From Odoribacter sp. (GTDB taxonomy: Bacteria > Bacteroidota > Bacteroidia > Bacteroidales > Marinifilaceae): a stretch of DNA of 64,000 nt. Positions 26,839 to 36,753 of this stretch are shown in pieces. Each line of letters begins with the position of its first letter. Within the stretch, counting starts at the first letter, position 1. The notes under the pieces are model-generated. The model worked only from the letters and a program-made list of their open reading frames with translations, was not told the origin of the DNA and ran no database searches. Where the stretch lies: positions 108-64,107 of the forward strand of contig JAVXFZ010000008.1 of NCBI GenBank assembly GCA_036657595.1, written 5' to 3'. The position numbers and the translations under genes were made by a program.

Positions 26839-27813
26839 ATGAAGATCAGACTATTAATTTTAGGATTACTTTTCGCAACAGGAGCGTGTATCGTTGCTTG
26901 TAGTGAAGACGATGACAACGGTGGGACAAACGGTGTTCATATCGGTAACAAAGAGAAGGCTTTATTAAGCAAATATCCTCAGGCTGAGAATTTCCAATGG
27001 AAAAAAAGTAAAGATCAGAAGTATGATATTGCTACCTTCATTTTGTCTAAAGTTCCCTCGAAGGCGGCTGCAACTCCTACGGATACAGTGAATGTATGGT
27101 TTGGAGAAAATGAAAAAATGCGTTTAATCGATGAGGAAATTGCTTTTGAAGCACTGCCGGAAGCTGTAAAGAGTAAATTTGCAAAGACTAACAGTATCTT
27201 GGACAAATCGTTGTATAGCGATGTGAAACAATGGGAAATGGACGATGTTTATAAATTAGAACGCGACGGAGTTGTTTCTTATAAAATTGAAATGGAAAAC
27301 ATAGCAACAGAAAAGGAATATGATCTTTACTATGATGCTTTGGGTATTCTGATAAAAGAAGTGGAAGATATGGATGAGGAGGAAGACGAAGCACCTCTTG
27401 AAATACCGGAAGATATAAAAAATTGGGTGACTAAGAATTATGCCGGTGCTGAAATCTTGGATTTTGAAATGGAAGAAGAGAATGGTGTGAAGCTATACGA
27501 ATTGGATTTGAAACAAGGAAAATTGATTATTGAGATTGAATTGAGTGCAGATCTGATTGCTACGGAAGAGTATAATTACCCAACTCCTGAAGCTTTACCT
27601 GCTGAGATTTTGGCAAAATTGAAAGAAGTGATTGCTAAACAAGCCGTATATGCGTTAACTGATATTGATGATATTGAAATGACGAAAGAAAACGGTTCGG
27701 AAATTTATAGCATTGAATTTGAAAAAGGGAAAGTTGAATGTTCATTAAGTATCATTAAGGATAGTAAGAATCAGATTACTACTGAAGGAATGCTACCTGA
27801 AACAGAGGAGTAA
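26839..27813 (+). CDS. PepSY-like / BLIP-like (DUF2874) repeat lipoprotein
   Basis: Lipobox IVAC followed by acidic SEDDD; repeated 'LP.AVK..F..KY' and 'Y.IE.E....E.DLYYDA.G' units. Confidence 0.75.
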   Translation: MKIRLLILGLLFATGACIVACSEDDDNGGTNGVHIGNKEKALLSKYPQAENFQWKKSKDQKYDIATFILSKVPSKAAATPTDTVNVWFGENEKMRLIDEEIAFEALPEAVKSKFAKTNSILDKSLYSDVKQWEMDDVYKLERDGVVSYKIEMENIATEKEYDLYYDALGILIKEVEDMDEEEDEAPLEIPEDIKNWVTKNYAGAEILDFEMEEENGVKLYELDLKQGKLIIEIELSADLIATEEYNYPTPEALPAEILAKLKEVIAKQAVYALTDIDDIEMTKENGSEIYSIEFEKGKVECSLSIIKDSKNQITTEGMLPETEE

Positions 27814-27840
27814 ATCCTTGAATAGGAGATACAAAAACGA

Positions 27841-27882
27841 AAAAGTGTGTGTAAAAATTGATTTTTTTGCACACATTTTTTT
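27841..27882 (+). terminator. Intrinsic terminator
   Basis: AAAAGTGTGTGTAAAAA...TTTTTGCACACATTTTTTTT. Confidence 0.7.
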
Positions 27883-28116
27883 TATATCTTTTCTGGAACC
27901 CCAAATTTTATTTGCAGAAAAAGTTAAGTAAGAATGCTGTTTTGTTTATTAAATTTATCTCTTGTGCTATTTTAGAAAGTTAAGTGGCTTCTAATTTTAT
28001 TGTAGAGTATGTCACTATATTCAAAAATCTACACTTTCTAAGATGCAGCTGAGAGCAATTTATTTCCATAAATAAGTTTGCATTTGAGATATTTTGAAAA
28101 GCTTTTCGACATAGGC

Positions 28117-28350
28117 TTACCACAGCAGTCCTATACGTTGAATCGCGTTTCCATTCAATGCATTATGCGATTTCTCGCGAGCATACTGCACCTCCTGATC
28201 CGGATGAAAGATCATTTCGGCTGACAATCTTCGACTGAGTACGACCATTCCATAAGTTCTCTTCAAATTATTTGCCGCATAGACTTGTTGAATCAGCCAC
28301 TCAATTTTTTTCAAGTAACAAATGAATAACAAAAATATACTTCGAAACAA
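28117..28350 (-). CDS. Small hypothetical ORF or gene fragment
   Basis: 77-aa ORF from TTG in a 640-bp gap; no recognisable motif. Confidence 0.2.
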   Translation of the reverse strand: MFRSIFLLFICYLKKIEWLIQQVYAANNLKRTYGMVVLSRRLSAEMIFHPDQEVQYAREKSHNALNGNAIQRIGLLW

Positions 28351-28397
28351 CTAAGTTGTAGAAAGTTACATTTCATCTGTTGAAATGCTATAAAATA

Positions 28398-28425
28398 AGG
28401 AAAGCCCTTATTTATAAGGGCTTTC
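28398..28425 (-). terminator. Terminator of the nqr operon
   Basis: GAAAGCCCTTA-TTTA-TAAGGGCTTTC. Confidence 0.75.
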
Positions 28426-28454
28426 TATACTAAACTGATCTATTCTCCTCTCAA

Positions 28455-29720
28455 CTATCCACCAAAGTTATCGTACATCACATTTTCATCGGGTACACCT
28501 AAATCATACAGCATCTTGGTGACGGCTGAAATCATCATAGGAGGTCCACACAGATAATATTCAATATCTTCAGGATTCTCGTGATTCTTGAGATAATTCT
28601 CAAAAATGACTTGGTGGATAAACCCGGTAGGACCTGTCCAATGATCTTCCGGTTGCGGGCTGTCAAGGGCGAGAGTCCAATGGAAATTCGGATGTTCAGC
28701 TGCTATCTGGTCGAACTCATTTTTATAAGGAGCTTCTTTCAACGAACGGGCACCATACCAGAAACTAACTTTACGTTTGGTATCCATTGTTTTAAAGAGA
28801 TTGAAGATGTGCGAGCGCATAGGAGCCATTCCCGCACCGCCACCGATAAACATCATCTCATTGTTCGTGTCACGCAGGAAGAACTCTCCGTAAGGGCCGG
28901 AAATAGTTACTTTATCTCCCGGTTTGCGAGAGAAAATGTAAGAAGAGCAAATACCCGGATTTACAGGTGCAAAGCCTCCAATGGCGCGATCGAACGGTGG
29001 TGTGGCAATACGGATATTTAACATCACAATATTACCTTCTGCCGGGTGATTAGCCATAGAATAAGCCCGGTAAGTAGCCTCCGGATTGTGCATTTTTAGA
29101 TTGAACATCTTCATTCGTTCCCAGTCAGCCTTATAAGCATCGCTGATATTAAAAGTCTGGAAGTCCACATCAATAGCCGGCACATCAATTTGGATGTAGC
29201 CACCTGATTTAAATTTCAGACTTTCTCCTTCAGGAAGTTTGACAACAAACTCTTTCAGGAAGGTTGAGATATTATTGTTAGAAACAACTTCGCATTCCCA
29301 TTTCTTGATGCCAAGTACGGCTTCCGGAATGCGCATTTCGATGTTTTCTTTCACTTTCACTTGACAAGCCAATCGCCAATCTTCGTGTTGTTGTTTGTAA
29401 GAGAAAAAACCGGTTTCGGTCGGGAGGATTGAGCCTGCACCTGAATCGACCTGACATTTACACATACCGCAAGAGCCTTTTCCACCACACGCCGAGGGTA
29501 AAAAGATTTTTTGACTGCCGAGGGTAGAAAGCAAAGAGCTTCCCGGATCTGTCGTTAACACTCGTTCGCCGTTGTTGATGCTGATTTTCACTTCACCTTT
29601 CGCTGTCAATTTAGCTTTTGCGAACAAAAGCATTCCGACAAGCAGCAGGGTGACAATCAAAAATACCACAATACCGGCTGTAAGGATTGTTGTATTTATT
29701 GCTAATAGTACCATTATCAT
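28455..29720 (-). CDS. nqrF: Na+-translocating NADH:quinone reductase subunit F
   Basis: 2Fe-2S motif SACGGKGSCGMC...RLACQ, RAYSMAN, GGGAGMAP, CGPPMM, DNFGG. Confidence 0.97.
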   Translation of the reverse strand: MIMVLLAINTTILTAGIVVFLIVTLLLVGMLLFAKAKLTAKGEVKISINNGERVLTTDPGSSLLSTLGSQKIFLPSACGGKGSCGMCKCQVDSGAGSILPTETGFFSYKQQHEDWRLACQVKVKENIEMRIPEAVLGIKKWECEVVSNNNISTFLKEFVVKLPEGESLKFKSGGYIQIDVPAIDVDFQTFNISDAYKADWERMKMFNLKMHNPEATYRAYSMANHPAEGNIVMLNIRIATPPFDRAIGGFAPVNPGICSSYIFSRKPGDKVTISGPYGEFFLRDTNNEMMFIGGGAGMAPMRSHIFNLFKTMDTKRKVSFWYGARSLKEAPYKNEFDQIAAEHPNFHWTLALDSPQPEDHWTGPTGFIHQVIFENYLKNHENPEDIEYYLCGPPMMISAVTKMLYDLGVPDENVMYDNFGG

Positions 29721-29735
29721 TTCAGATTTAGAATT

Positions 29736-30500
29736 TTACTTTTCAGGTTGAGCGTTTTCATCCGCCTGAGGTGTTTCAATGATTGTGTCTGCCGGTTGAA
29801 TTGTATCGTTTACAACAGCTTCCGGTTGTTCTGGGAGTATTTCTACTTGTTCGGCAACAGTTGGTTGAGCTTTCAGCTTTTCCAGGTCGATGCCTAAGAA
29901 ACTCATAAAAGAAATAGCCATCAAGCCGGTGACAATAAACGTGATACCAATTCCACGTAGTGGAGCCGGAATGTCTGAATATTTCAGCTTCTCACGAATA
30001 GCAGCAATGCCGACAATAGCCAGCATCCAGCCAATGCCGGAACCCAGTCCGAAAGTGGTCGCTTCGGCTACTGAAGAATATCCTCTTTCCTGCATAAACA
30101 GCGAGGCACCCATAATAGCGCAGTTCACAGCAATCAAGGGCAGAAAAATACCCAATTGGTTATAAAGAGCGGGTGTAAATTTCTCTACCACCATTTCTAC
30201 TAATTGTGTGATGGCTGCAATAACGGCGATAAACATAATGAAACTGAGGAAACTCAAGTCGATGGTGGCGGCTTCGTCGCCTAACAACCAAGAGAGAGCC
30301 CCTGCTTTCAGTACATAATTATCGAGCATATAGTTCACTGGCACCGTGATCAAAAGTACGAACACAACAGCGATTCCTAATCCGAAAGAGGTCTTTACTG
30401 TTTTCGACACAGCCAGATAAGAGCACATTCCGAGGAAGTAGGCAAATATCATGTTGTCGATAAAGATAGACCGGACAAATATGTTTAACAGATTTTCCAT
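29736..30500 (-). CDS. nqrE: NQR subunit E with ~50-aa C-terminal extension
   Basis: [11 protein letters not shown] and [10 protein letters not shown] motifs; extra Pro/Glu/Gln-rich tail after MSFLGI. Confidence 0.95.
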   Translation of the reverse strand: MENLLNIFVRSIFIDNMIFAYFLGMCSYLAVSKTVKTSFGLGIAVVFVLLITVPVNYMLDNYVLKAGALSWLLGDEAATIDLSFLSFIMFIAVIAAITQLVEMVVEKFTPALYNQLGIFLPLIAVNCAIMGASLFMQERGYSSVAEATTFGLGSGIGWMLAIVGIAAIREKLKYSDIPAPLRGIGITFIVTGLMAISFMSFLGIDLEKLKAQPTVAEQVEILPEQPEAVVNDTIQPADTIIETPQADENAQPEK

Positions 30501-30525
30501 TTTTTCTGTATCTCTTTTTGATTAA

Positions 30526-31167
30526 TTATTTTTCAATTAAATCCTTATTCCTTGAGCGGTGGACCCAAATAATGATACCCACCAAAATCAAAGCCATCGG
30601 AGGCAGAATCATCAATCCGTTGTTGGCATATCCCCATTCATAACAAATGGAAGGGATCACTTTAAAACCGAATAAAGATCCACTGCCTAACAGTTCGCGG
30701 AATACAGCCACAATCACAAGGATGAGTCCATAACCCAGCCCGTTGCCGATGCCATCCAGTAAAGAAGGCCACGGTTTATTGGCTAATGCAAAGGCTTCAA
30801 TACGTCCCATAATAATACAGTTCGTAATGATCAGTCCTACGAATACAGACAATTGCTTACTGATATCGTAGGCATAAGCTTTCAACAATTGATCCACCAC
30901 GATCACCAACGCTGCAACGACCACCAACTGAACGATGATACGAATACGTGTAGGAATAGTATTTCTCAATAGAGAAAGGATTACATTGGAAAATGCTGTC
31001 ACGGCAGTTACCGAAAGTGCCATCACAATGGCAGGTTGCAATTTGGCAGTCACCGCGAGAGCAGAGCATATACCCAGAATCTGAATGATGACCGGGTTAT
31101 TTTTGCTCAACGGACCGAGTAAGAGCTGACGGTTCTTGGCTGAAAATAATGTCTCTTTTTCGCTCAT
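30526..31167 (-). CDS. nqrD: NQR subunit D
   Basis: [33 protein letters not shown]. Confidence 0.96.
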   Translation of the reverse strand: MSEKETLFSAKNRQLLLGPLSKNNPVIIQILGICSALAVTAKLQPAIVMALSVTAVTAFSNVILSLLRNTIPTRIRIIVQLVVVAALVIVVDQLLKAYAYDISKQLSVFVGLIITNCIIMGRIEAFALANKPWPSLLDGIGNGLGYGLILVIVAVFRELLGSGSLFGFKVIPSICYEWGYANNGLMILPPMALILVGIIIWVHRSRNKDLIEK

Positions 31168-31169
31168 TA

Positions 31170-31856
31170 TTATTTACTTTTTAAGAATGATTCGTAACAG
31201 GTTAAATAGGCTTTGATCATATTTTCAACTCCTTTGGAGGTAATCGTACCGCCAGAAATAGCATCTACTTCGTGTGTACCGACAGAGCCTCCGCCTTTTT
31301 TGACTAAAATAGATACCAATTGAGAATTTTCGAAGATCATTTTCCCATTAAATTGCGTTTGAAATTTACTATCCGTAATTTCCGCACCCAATCCGGGGGT
31401 TTCGCTCTTATGGTCGAAAACCGTTCCATAGATGGTATTCTTATCATCATTCAGAGAAATATATCCCCATACCGGACCCCAAAGTCCTTTACCGTAGATT
31501 GGAAGAATATATTTGGTGCTTCCGTCGATATTGGCGACAAACACGGGAAGGAGCTTTTCTCCGCACGTTTTTTTCGCTTGTTGAGCCAAGTCGATAGTAA
31601 AAGCATCTCCTGTCACTTCTTCTCCTTTAGAGTTGACGACAAATTGTTTAACGATGTATTTTTCAAATTCCTCTTTTGAATTTTCCGCTGTGGAAGGAAT
31701 ATTCACGGAGCGCAGAATATTCTGTCTTTTCTCATTCTCAATATTCCTATTCTGTGCAGGTTGAAGCGAAAGGGCTACGATAGCCAACAGGGCTGCCACA
31801 ACGACTACCAGTACTATGGAATAGAGGAATGTATATGTATTTCCTTGTTTATTCAT
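31170..31856 (-). CDS. nqrC: NQR subunit C
   Basis: GKGLWG, ETPGLG, FMN-attachment site DAISGGTIT. Confidence 0.95.
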   Translation of the reverse strand: MNKQGNTYTFLYSIVLVVVVAALLAIVALSLQPAQNRNIENEKRQNILRSVNIPSTAENSKEEFEKYIVKQFVVNSKGEEVTGDAFTIDLAQQAKKTCGEKLLPVFVANIDGSTKYILPIYGKGLWGPVWGYISLNDDKNTIYGTVFDHKSETPGLGAEITDSKFQTQFNGKMIFENSQLVSILVKKGGGSVGTHEVDAISGGTITSKGVENMIKAYLTCYESFLKSK

Positions 31857-31874
31857 CTTATTTTTGATTTTTGA

Positions 31875-33029
31875 TCAATCAGCAATTACTTTAGCTCTTT
31901 TCAAGCGGCGTTTGATATTGGCTTGTACGACAAACCAGTCAATTAACGGTGCAAAGGTATTCAGTAGCAAAATAGCCAGCATCATACCTTCCGGATAGCC
32001 GGGGTTGATACAACGGATAATGATCGCCATACAGCCAACTAAAAGTCCGTAGACATATTTACCGGCATTTGTCTGAGCTGATGTAACAGGATCGGTTGCC
32101 ATAAACACGGCTCCGAAGGCAAATCCACCCATCACCAGTTCCTCTAAAGCAGTGATGTGAGCATACGGATTAGATTCCGGTAATACAGCTTGCAGTAAAG
32201 ATGCCATCAGAAATCCACCGACAAATACCGAAAACATTGTTCTCCAACTGGCTACATTGGTCAGCAAAAGAATCACCGCACCAATCAGGATGCAGAAGGT
32301 AGACGTTTCTCCGATAGATCCCGGGATGAGTCCCCAAAACATCGTACTCATATCGTGTGTCATCGGTAGACCTAAAGCAGCTTCTGCCAGCGGGGTGGCT
32401 CCGGAAAAGGTATCCGGTTTATCGGCAATCCAGACCAAATCACCCGAAATTTTCGAGGGATAAGAGAAAAAGAAAAAGGCACGTGCCAACAGAGCGGGGT
32501 TCCAGATGTTCATTCCCGTTCCTCCAAAGATTTCTTTTCCTATAATCACAGCGAAGGCTGTTGACAGAGCGATCATCCACAGGGGAGCTTCCACCGGCAT
32601 AATCATCGGGATCAGCAATCCGGAAACTAAGAAACCTTCATTGATTTCGTGACCTTTGATCTGTGCGACAGCAAATTCAATACCCAATCCTACGACATAG
32701 GATACGATAATCATCGGCAGCACTTTCCAGAAACCAAAGAAAAATAATTCGCAAAATGTAGCATCGGCTAATGTGCCGATGGCATTAAAATGTTGGTATC
32801 CTACATTATACATACCAAACAAAAGCGCCGGGAGCAGAGCGATCACCACGATGATCATCGTCCTTTTCAAATCAACAGCATCCCGGATATGAGCGCCGGT
32901 TTTCGTTGTATGATTCGGCACGAAAAGAAAAGATTCAAAACCGGTGAAAACAGAATGGAACTTTTCAAATTTCCCTCCCTTTTCAAACAATGGTTTTTTC
33001 TTATCTAAGAAATTTCGTAAAAAATTCAT
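31875..33029 (-). CDS. nqrB: NQR subunit B
   Basis: HIRDAVDLKR, KEIFGGTGMN, SGATPL (FMN Thr), GSIGETS, MATDPVT. Confidence 0.96.
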   Translation of the reverse strand: MNFLRNFLDKKKPLFEKGGKFEKFHSVFTGFESFLFVPNHTTKTGAHIRDAVDLKRTMIIVVIALLPALLFGMYNVGYQHFNAIGTLADATFCELFFFGFWKVLPMIIVSYVVGLGIEFAVAQIKGHEINEGFLVSGLLIPMIMPVEAPLWMIALSTAFAVIIGKEIFGGTGMNIWNPALLARAFFFFSYPSKISGDLVWIADKPDTFSGATPLAEAALGLPMTHDMSTMFWGLIPGSIGETSTFCILIGAVILLLTNVASWRTMFSVFVGGFLMASLLQAVLPESNPYAHITALEELVMGGFAFGAVFMATDPVTSAQTNAGKYVYGLLVGCMAIIIRCINPGYPEGMMLAILLLNTFAPLIDWFVVQANIKRRLKRAKVIAD

Positions 33030-33037
33030 ATTATTAT

Positions 33038-33069
33038 AGTTACAAAGTTATAGAGTTACAAAGTTATAG
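33038..33069. repeat. 8-bp-period tandem repeat between nqrA and nqrB
   Basis: AGTTACAA AGTTATAG AGTTACAA AGTTATAG. Confidence 0.7.
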
Positions 33070-33121
33070 GTATGTTCGGGATTCTTGCGTATCGCATCAT
33101 CCTTTATGACCTTTACGACTT

Positions 33122-34477
33122 TTAATTGGTTTCCTTCATAATTAATTCGATACCTTGATTCACAATCTGTTGAACCGGAATCTTAGACGTACAAACAAAT
33201 TCACACAAAGCCATATCTTCCGGTGCCACTTCGTAAATACCGAGTTGCTCCATCTGGTCGATGTCGTTAGCCAAGATAGCTTTCAACAAATACACCGGAT
33301 AAATATCCATCGGGAACACCTTTTCATATTGTCCTGTCATCACAAATGCCCGACGTTCGCCGTGGTAGTTGCTATCAAGTGTGTAATGTTTATTCGGACA
33401 CAGGAAAGAAGGAAACAACTTAGAAGCTGAAAACTTATTAAAGCCGGGGGTTGCCCAACCTAAAAATTCATATTGATCGCCTTCCGGTATCACAGTCACC
33501 TGATTGTCATAAAACCCTAAAAAACCGTTTGCTTCCACTCTTGTTCCTGTCAAAACGTTTCCGGAGATCAGCCGTTGTTTCACCAACTCTTTCAATTTCC
33601 CTGTCGTGATACTTTCCATCGAAGCACCGATGATACTGTGATAATAAACTGGCTTTGTCACTTCCGATCCGGTCAGAGCAATAATTTTCCGAGCATCAAA
33701 ATGACCTTCATTGAAAAGACGACCGATCGTCACAACATCTTGAATATTAACCACCCAAACAGATTCACCTTTATTAATAGGATTCAAGTGATGAATCTGT
33801 ATGCCGGTATTTCCGGCAGGATGAGCTCCGGCAAAATAATTAATATCTACGTTCTGTAATTTCGTAAAAACTGACGTGGTAGGTGTGCCTTCCCGCAGAT
33901 TCAGATTCACATTCTTATTACAAAGTTTTTTCAGACAATTAATACCACTTTGCAAATCCTTTTCGCACCCCGTCAATATAAAATCATAATCCGGTGCGAG
34001 TGGGGCAGAGTCAAAAGCTGAAACAAAAATAGCCTTGGGGGTGATTGTCGGATCAGCAATTACATCAAACGGGCGTTGTTTAATCAAAGGCCATATACCG
34101 CTATCCAGCAATTTCCCGATGACTTCATCTCTCGTCAATTGATTGGCATCACCTTTCCCGAAATCCCGGTACTGAGTGACGGCATCCATCTTTATAATTA
34201 CTTCCAATAGCTTTCTTCTTTCACCGCGGTTGATATTGTCAATCCTTCCGCTGCTCGGTGCCGTGAATTTAATTTCAGGATGTGCTTTGTCAGTAAATAA
34301 GACATCGCCTGCTTTCACATCATCGCCGACCTTTACCATAAGCTTTGGGGTGATTGATCGGAAATCTGTTGGTTTTACGGCACAATAAGTTATTTCCCTC
34401 ATTGGCTGCACCACTCTTTCCGCTTCTCCATTCAGCTTAATATCAAGGCCTTTTTTTAATTTGATTACCTTGGACAT
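33122..34477 (-). CDS. nqrA: NQR subunit A
   Basis: IKLKKGLDI, RPFDVIA, DSAPLAPD, LCEFVCTSK. Confidence 0.96.
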   Translation of the reverse strand: MSKVIKLKKGLDIKLNGEAERVVQPMREITYCAVKPTDFRSITPKLMVKVGDDVKAGDVLFTDKAHPEIKFTAPSSGRIDNINRGERRKLLEVIIKMDAVTQYRDFGKGDANQLTRDEVIGKLLDSGIWPLIKQRPFDVIADPTITPKAIFVSAFDSAPLAPDYDFILTGCEKDLQSGINCLKKLCNKNVNLNLREGTPTTSVFTKLQNVDINYFAGAHPAGNTGIQIHHLNPINKGESVWVVNIQDVVTIGRLFNEGHFDARKIIALTGSEVTKPVYYHSIIGASMESITTGKLKELVKQRLISGNVLTGTRVEANGFLGFYDNQVTVIPEGDQYEFLGWATPGFNKFSASKLFPSFLCPNKHYTLDSNYHGERRAFVMTGQYEKVFPMDIYPVYLLKAILANDIDQMEQLGIYEVAPEDMALCEFVCTSKIPVQQIVNQGIELIMKETN

Positions 34478-34626
34478 ATTATTTATAAATATTAATAATT
34501 AAATATATGCATATAAAAAAATAAAAAGAAATACTAAATCAGTCGCTCGACTGATGGTTTTCTACAAATAAGCCACAAATATACAAACCTATTACGTAAT
34601 TTTGTCGTTAATTAGATTTTAATTTA

Positions 34627-35862
34627 TTGATGATGAGATTTTTTTTATATTTCTTCTTTTTCATTTTCGGTACTTGTGGATATCTTTCCGCTCAAAGTCT
34701 GATAAAGACCGTACAATGCTTCCCCGTAGGACAACCTTTTGCCGAACCGGTGATTGAATTGGGAACTGCTCAACAACTTGCTTTCAGCTTTGATGATCTG
34801 AGTACACAGGTGAACACATATACCTATAAAATTCAACATTGCGATCCCGACTGGAACTCTTCAAATCTGAGTCCATTCACCTATTTAAATGGCTTTTTCA
34901 GTAATCCTTTGGAAAACTACGCTTATTCCTTCAATACGGTGGTGCCCTACACACGTTTCTCCCTGCTCATTCCGAATGACGAGGTCAGTATGAAACTATC
35001 GGGTAACTATCTATTGCAGGTTTTTAACGATGCAAACCCCGATAGTGCAGTTATTTCCCAACGTTTCTCCGTATTTGAAAACAAAGTAGGCATATCTGCG
35101 ACGATTGTCAATGCCACCAATCCAAATAATCTGTACACATCCCAGCAATTAAATTTCACGGTCAGCTACAACAACTTGCCGATCTACAATCCGATACAGG
35201 AAGTGCGGGCATACGTATTACAAAACCAAGATCCCCATAGCCGTCGGAACTTTACGCCGACCTTCATACAGCAAAACCAATTAGTATACGGCGATGGCAT
35301 CAACAACCTATTCAATGGCTTATCGCCGTTTCGCAACTTCCAATGCACCAGTTTAGTCTATTTTACCCAATACGTTAAAGACATATTAAAAGGTCCGGAT
35401 GGGCTTTATAATGTAATCCTTCAGCCCGGAACAGTGCCTCAAAGATACTTGCCATTGGCGGATCGTGATGGAAACTACTACATACAGGCAGAAAATGTTC
35501 AAAACCCCCATCTTGAAGCCGACTATGTGACGGCTCATTTTGCCATCCTTTATCCACAACCGATTCCGAATGCAGAGATATATATTTATGGGAAATTTGC
35601 CAATTGGCAATTATTGCCGGCTTTAAAAATGACCTACGACTACACTCATAAAGCTTATGTCGGAGCGGGAGAAGTGAAACAAGGATACTACGATTATATG
35701 TATGCGGTGGTTCCTGCGAATACCGGCAAACCGGACTTCGTCACGATGCAAAATAATTTCTATCAAACGCCCAACGAATACAGCATTCGTTTTTATTACT
35801 ACGATCGTAACCTAATGTATTTTCGTTTCGTAGGCTATCAAACCTTGACATCCAACCTCTAA
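34627..35862 (+). CDS. DUF5103 domain protein (family associated with the T9SS translocon plug, from memory)
   Basis: Signal peptide; SFDDL, YKIQHCDPDW, YSFNT, YGKFANW, KQGYYDYMY, YQTPNEY patterns; divergent from nqrA. Confidence 0.75.
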   Translation: MMMRFFLYFFFFIFGTCGYLSAQSLIKTVQCFPVGQPFAEPVIELGTAQQLAFSFDDLSTQVNTYTYKIQHCDPDWNSSNLSPFTYLNGFFSNPLENYAYSFNTVVPYTRFSLLIPNDEVSMKLSGNYLLQVFNDANPDSAVISQRFSVFENKVGISATIVNATNPNNLYTSQQLNFTVSYNNLPIYNPIQEVRAYVLQNQDPHSRRNFTPTFIQQNQLVYGDGINNLFNGLSPFRNFQCTSLVYFTQYVKDILKGPDGLYNVILQPGTVPQRYLPLADRDGNYYIQAENVQNPHLEADYVTAHFAILYPQPIPNAEIYIYGKFANWQLLPALKMTYDYTHKAYVGAGEVKQGYYDYMYAVVPANTGKPDFVTMQNNFYQTPNEYSIRFYYYDRNLMYFRFVGYQTLTSNL

Positions 35863-35937
35863 AATCAAAGATAAAAACTCAAAAACGCCCTACATCCCTT
35901 TTGCAATGGGACCAAGACCTCTTTGTGTTATAGATTT

Positions 35938-35954
35938 TTGGCATAGATTTTGTT
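35938..35954 (+). promoter_or_regulatory. Sigma54-like -24/-12 motif before the META gene
   Basis: TTGGCATAGATTTTGTT; same spacing as TGGCAC-N5-TTGC, with TTGT at -12. Confidence 0.45.
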
Positions 35955-35996
35955 GATGAATGAGAAATATTCATCATTAATTGAAAAGATACGATT

Positions 35997-36413
35997 ATGA
36001 AAAACTTATTAGTACTATTTTGTATTTTGTTTGCAGTGGTAGGATGTCATTCTTCTAAAAACATAGCAAAGTTGAATGATGTGAAATGGGTATTGCAGAC
36101 AATGAATGGGAAAGAAATAAAATTGAGCGATCAAAATAGCGAAATATTTATTCAATTTAATGAAGTCGATAAAAGAGCCAACGGACGTGCCGGATGCAAT
36201 CGTTTCTTCGGAAATTATGAAATGGAAGATCAGCAACTAAAATTCTCGCCAATGGGTGCAACCCGTATGGCTTGTCCGGACCTCCAACTGGAATCCGAAT
36301 TTTTCCAAATGTTGGATGAAGTTGACACCTACCAGATAAAAGACAACCAACTTTCATTCAATTCAAAAGGCAACGTAGTCGCTGTATTTAAAAAGACCGA
36401 CGAGGTAAAATAA
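35997..36413 (+). CDS. META domain (HslJ-like) lipoprotein
   Basis: Lipobox VVGC; GRAGCNRFFGNY and GATRMACP motifs. Confidence 0.88.
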   Translation: MKNLLVLFCILFAVVGCHSSKNIAKLNDVKWVLQTMNGKEIKLSDQNSEIFIQFNEVDKRANGRAGCNRFFGNYEMEDQQLKFSPMGATRMACPDLQLESEFFQMLDEVDTYQIKDNQLSFNSKGNVVAVFKKTDEVK

Positions 36414-36435
36414 ATTCAAACATACCCCTTTTTCC

Positions 36436-36461
36436 AATGCCGGAAACACTTTACCGGCATT
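36436..36461 (+). terminator. Hairpin/terminator after the META gene
   Basis: AATGCCGG-AAACACTTTA-CCGGCATT followed by a T-rich tract. Confidence 0.55.
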
Positions 36462-36680
36462 CAATTCTTTTCGCTCATTTTTTAGTGCGGATGTCTCATT
36501 TTTATAACAATTTCTGATACCTCAATGGAGAAATCACCTAACAATTAAACGCGCAAAATCGTACAAACAATGTACCTAATGAGGGAGCCTAAAACCATAC
36601 CTTGTTTTTCGATCTCCTCCAAACTTAATATTCATATTGCGATGTTAAGCTTTGCTAATTAAGAATTTGTTAATAGATAC

Positions 36681-36697
36681 TTGGCAAAGATATTGTT
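36681..36697 (+). promoter_or_regulatory. Sigma54-like -24/-12 motif before htrA
   Basis: TTGGCAAAGATATTGTT, nearly identical to 35938-35954. Confidence 0.45.
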
Positions 36698-36753
36698 ATT
36701 ATTGTACATATCAAAATTGATATAAAAAGACAACAACTTAATTCCGAAAAGAA

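Noticed and set aside
28040-28120. A full third copy of the 114-bp repeat
   Set aside because: Only ~20 bp align (15/21 with copy A); the rest does not align without gaps, so it is kept only as weak support for the inversion idea.
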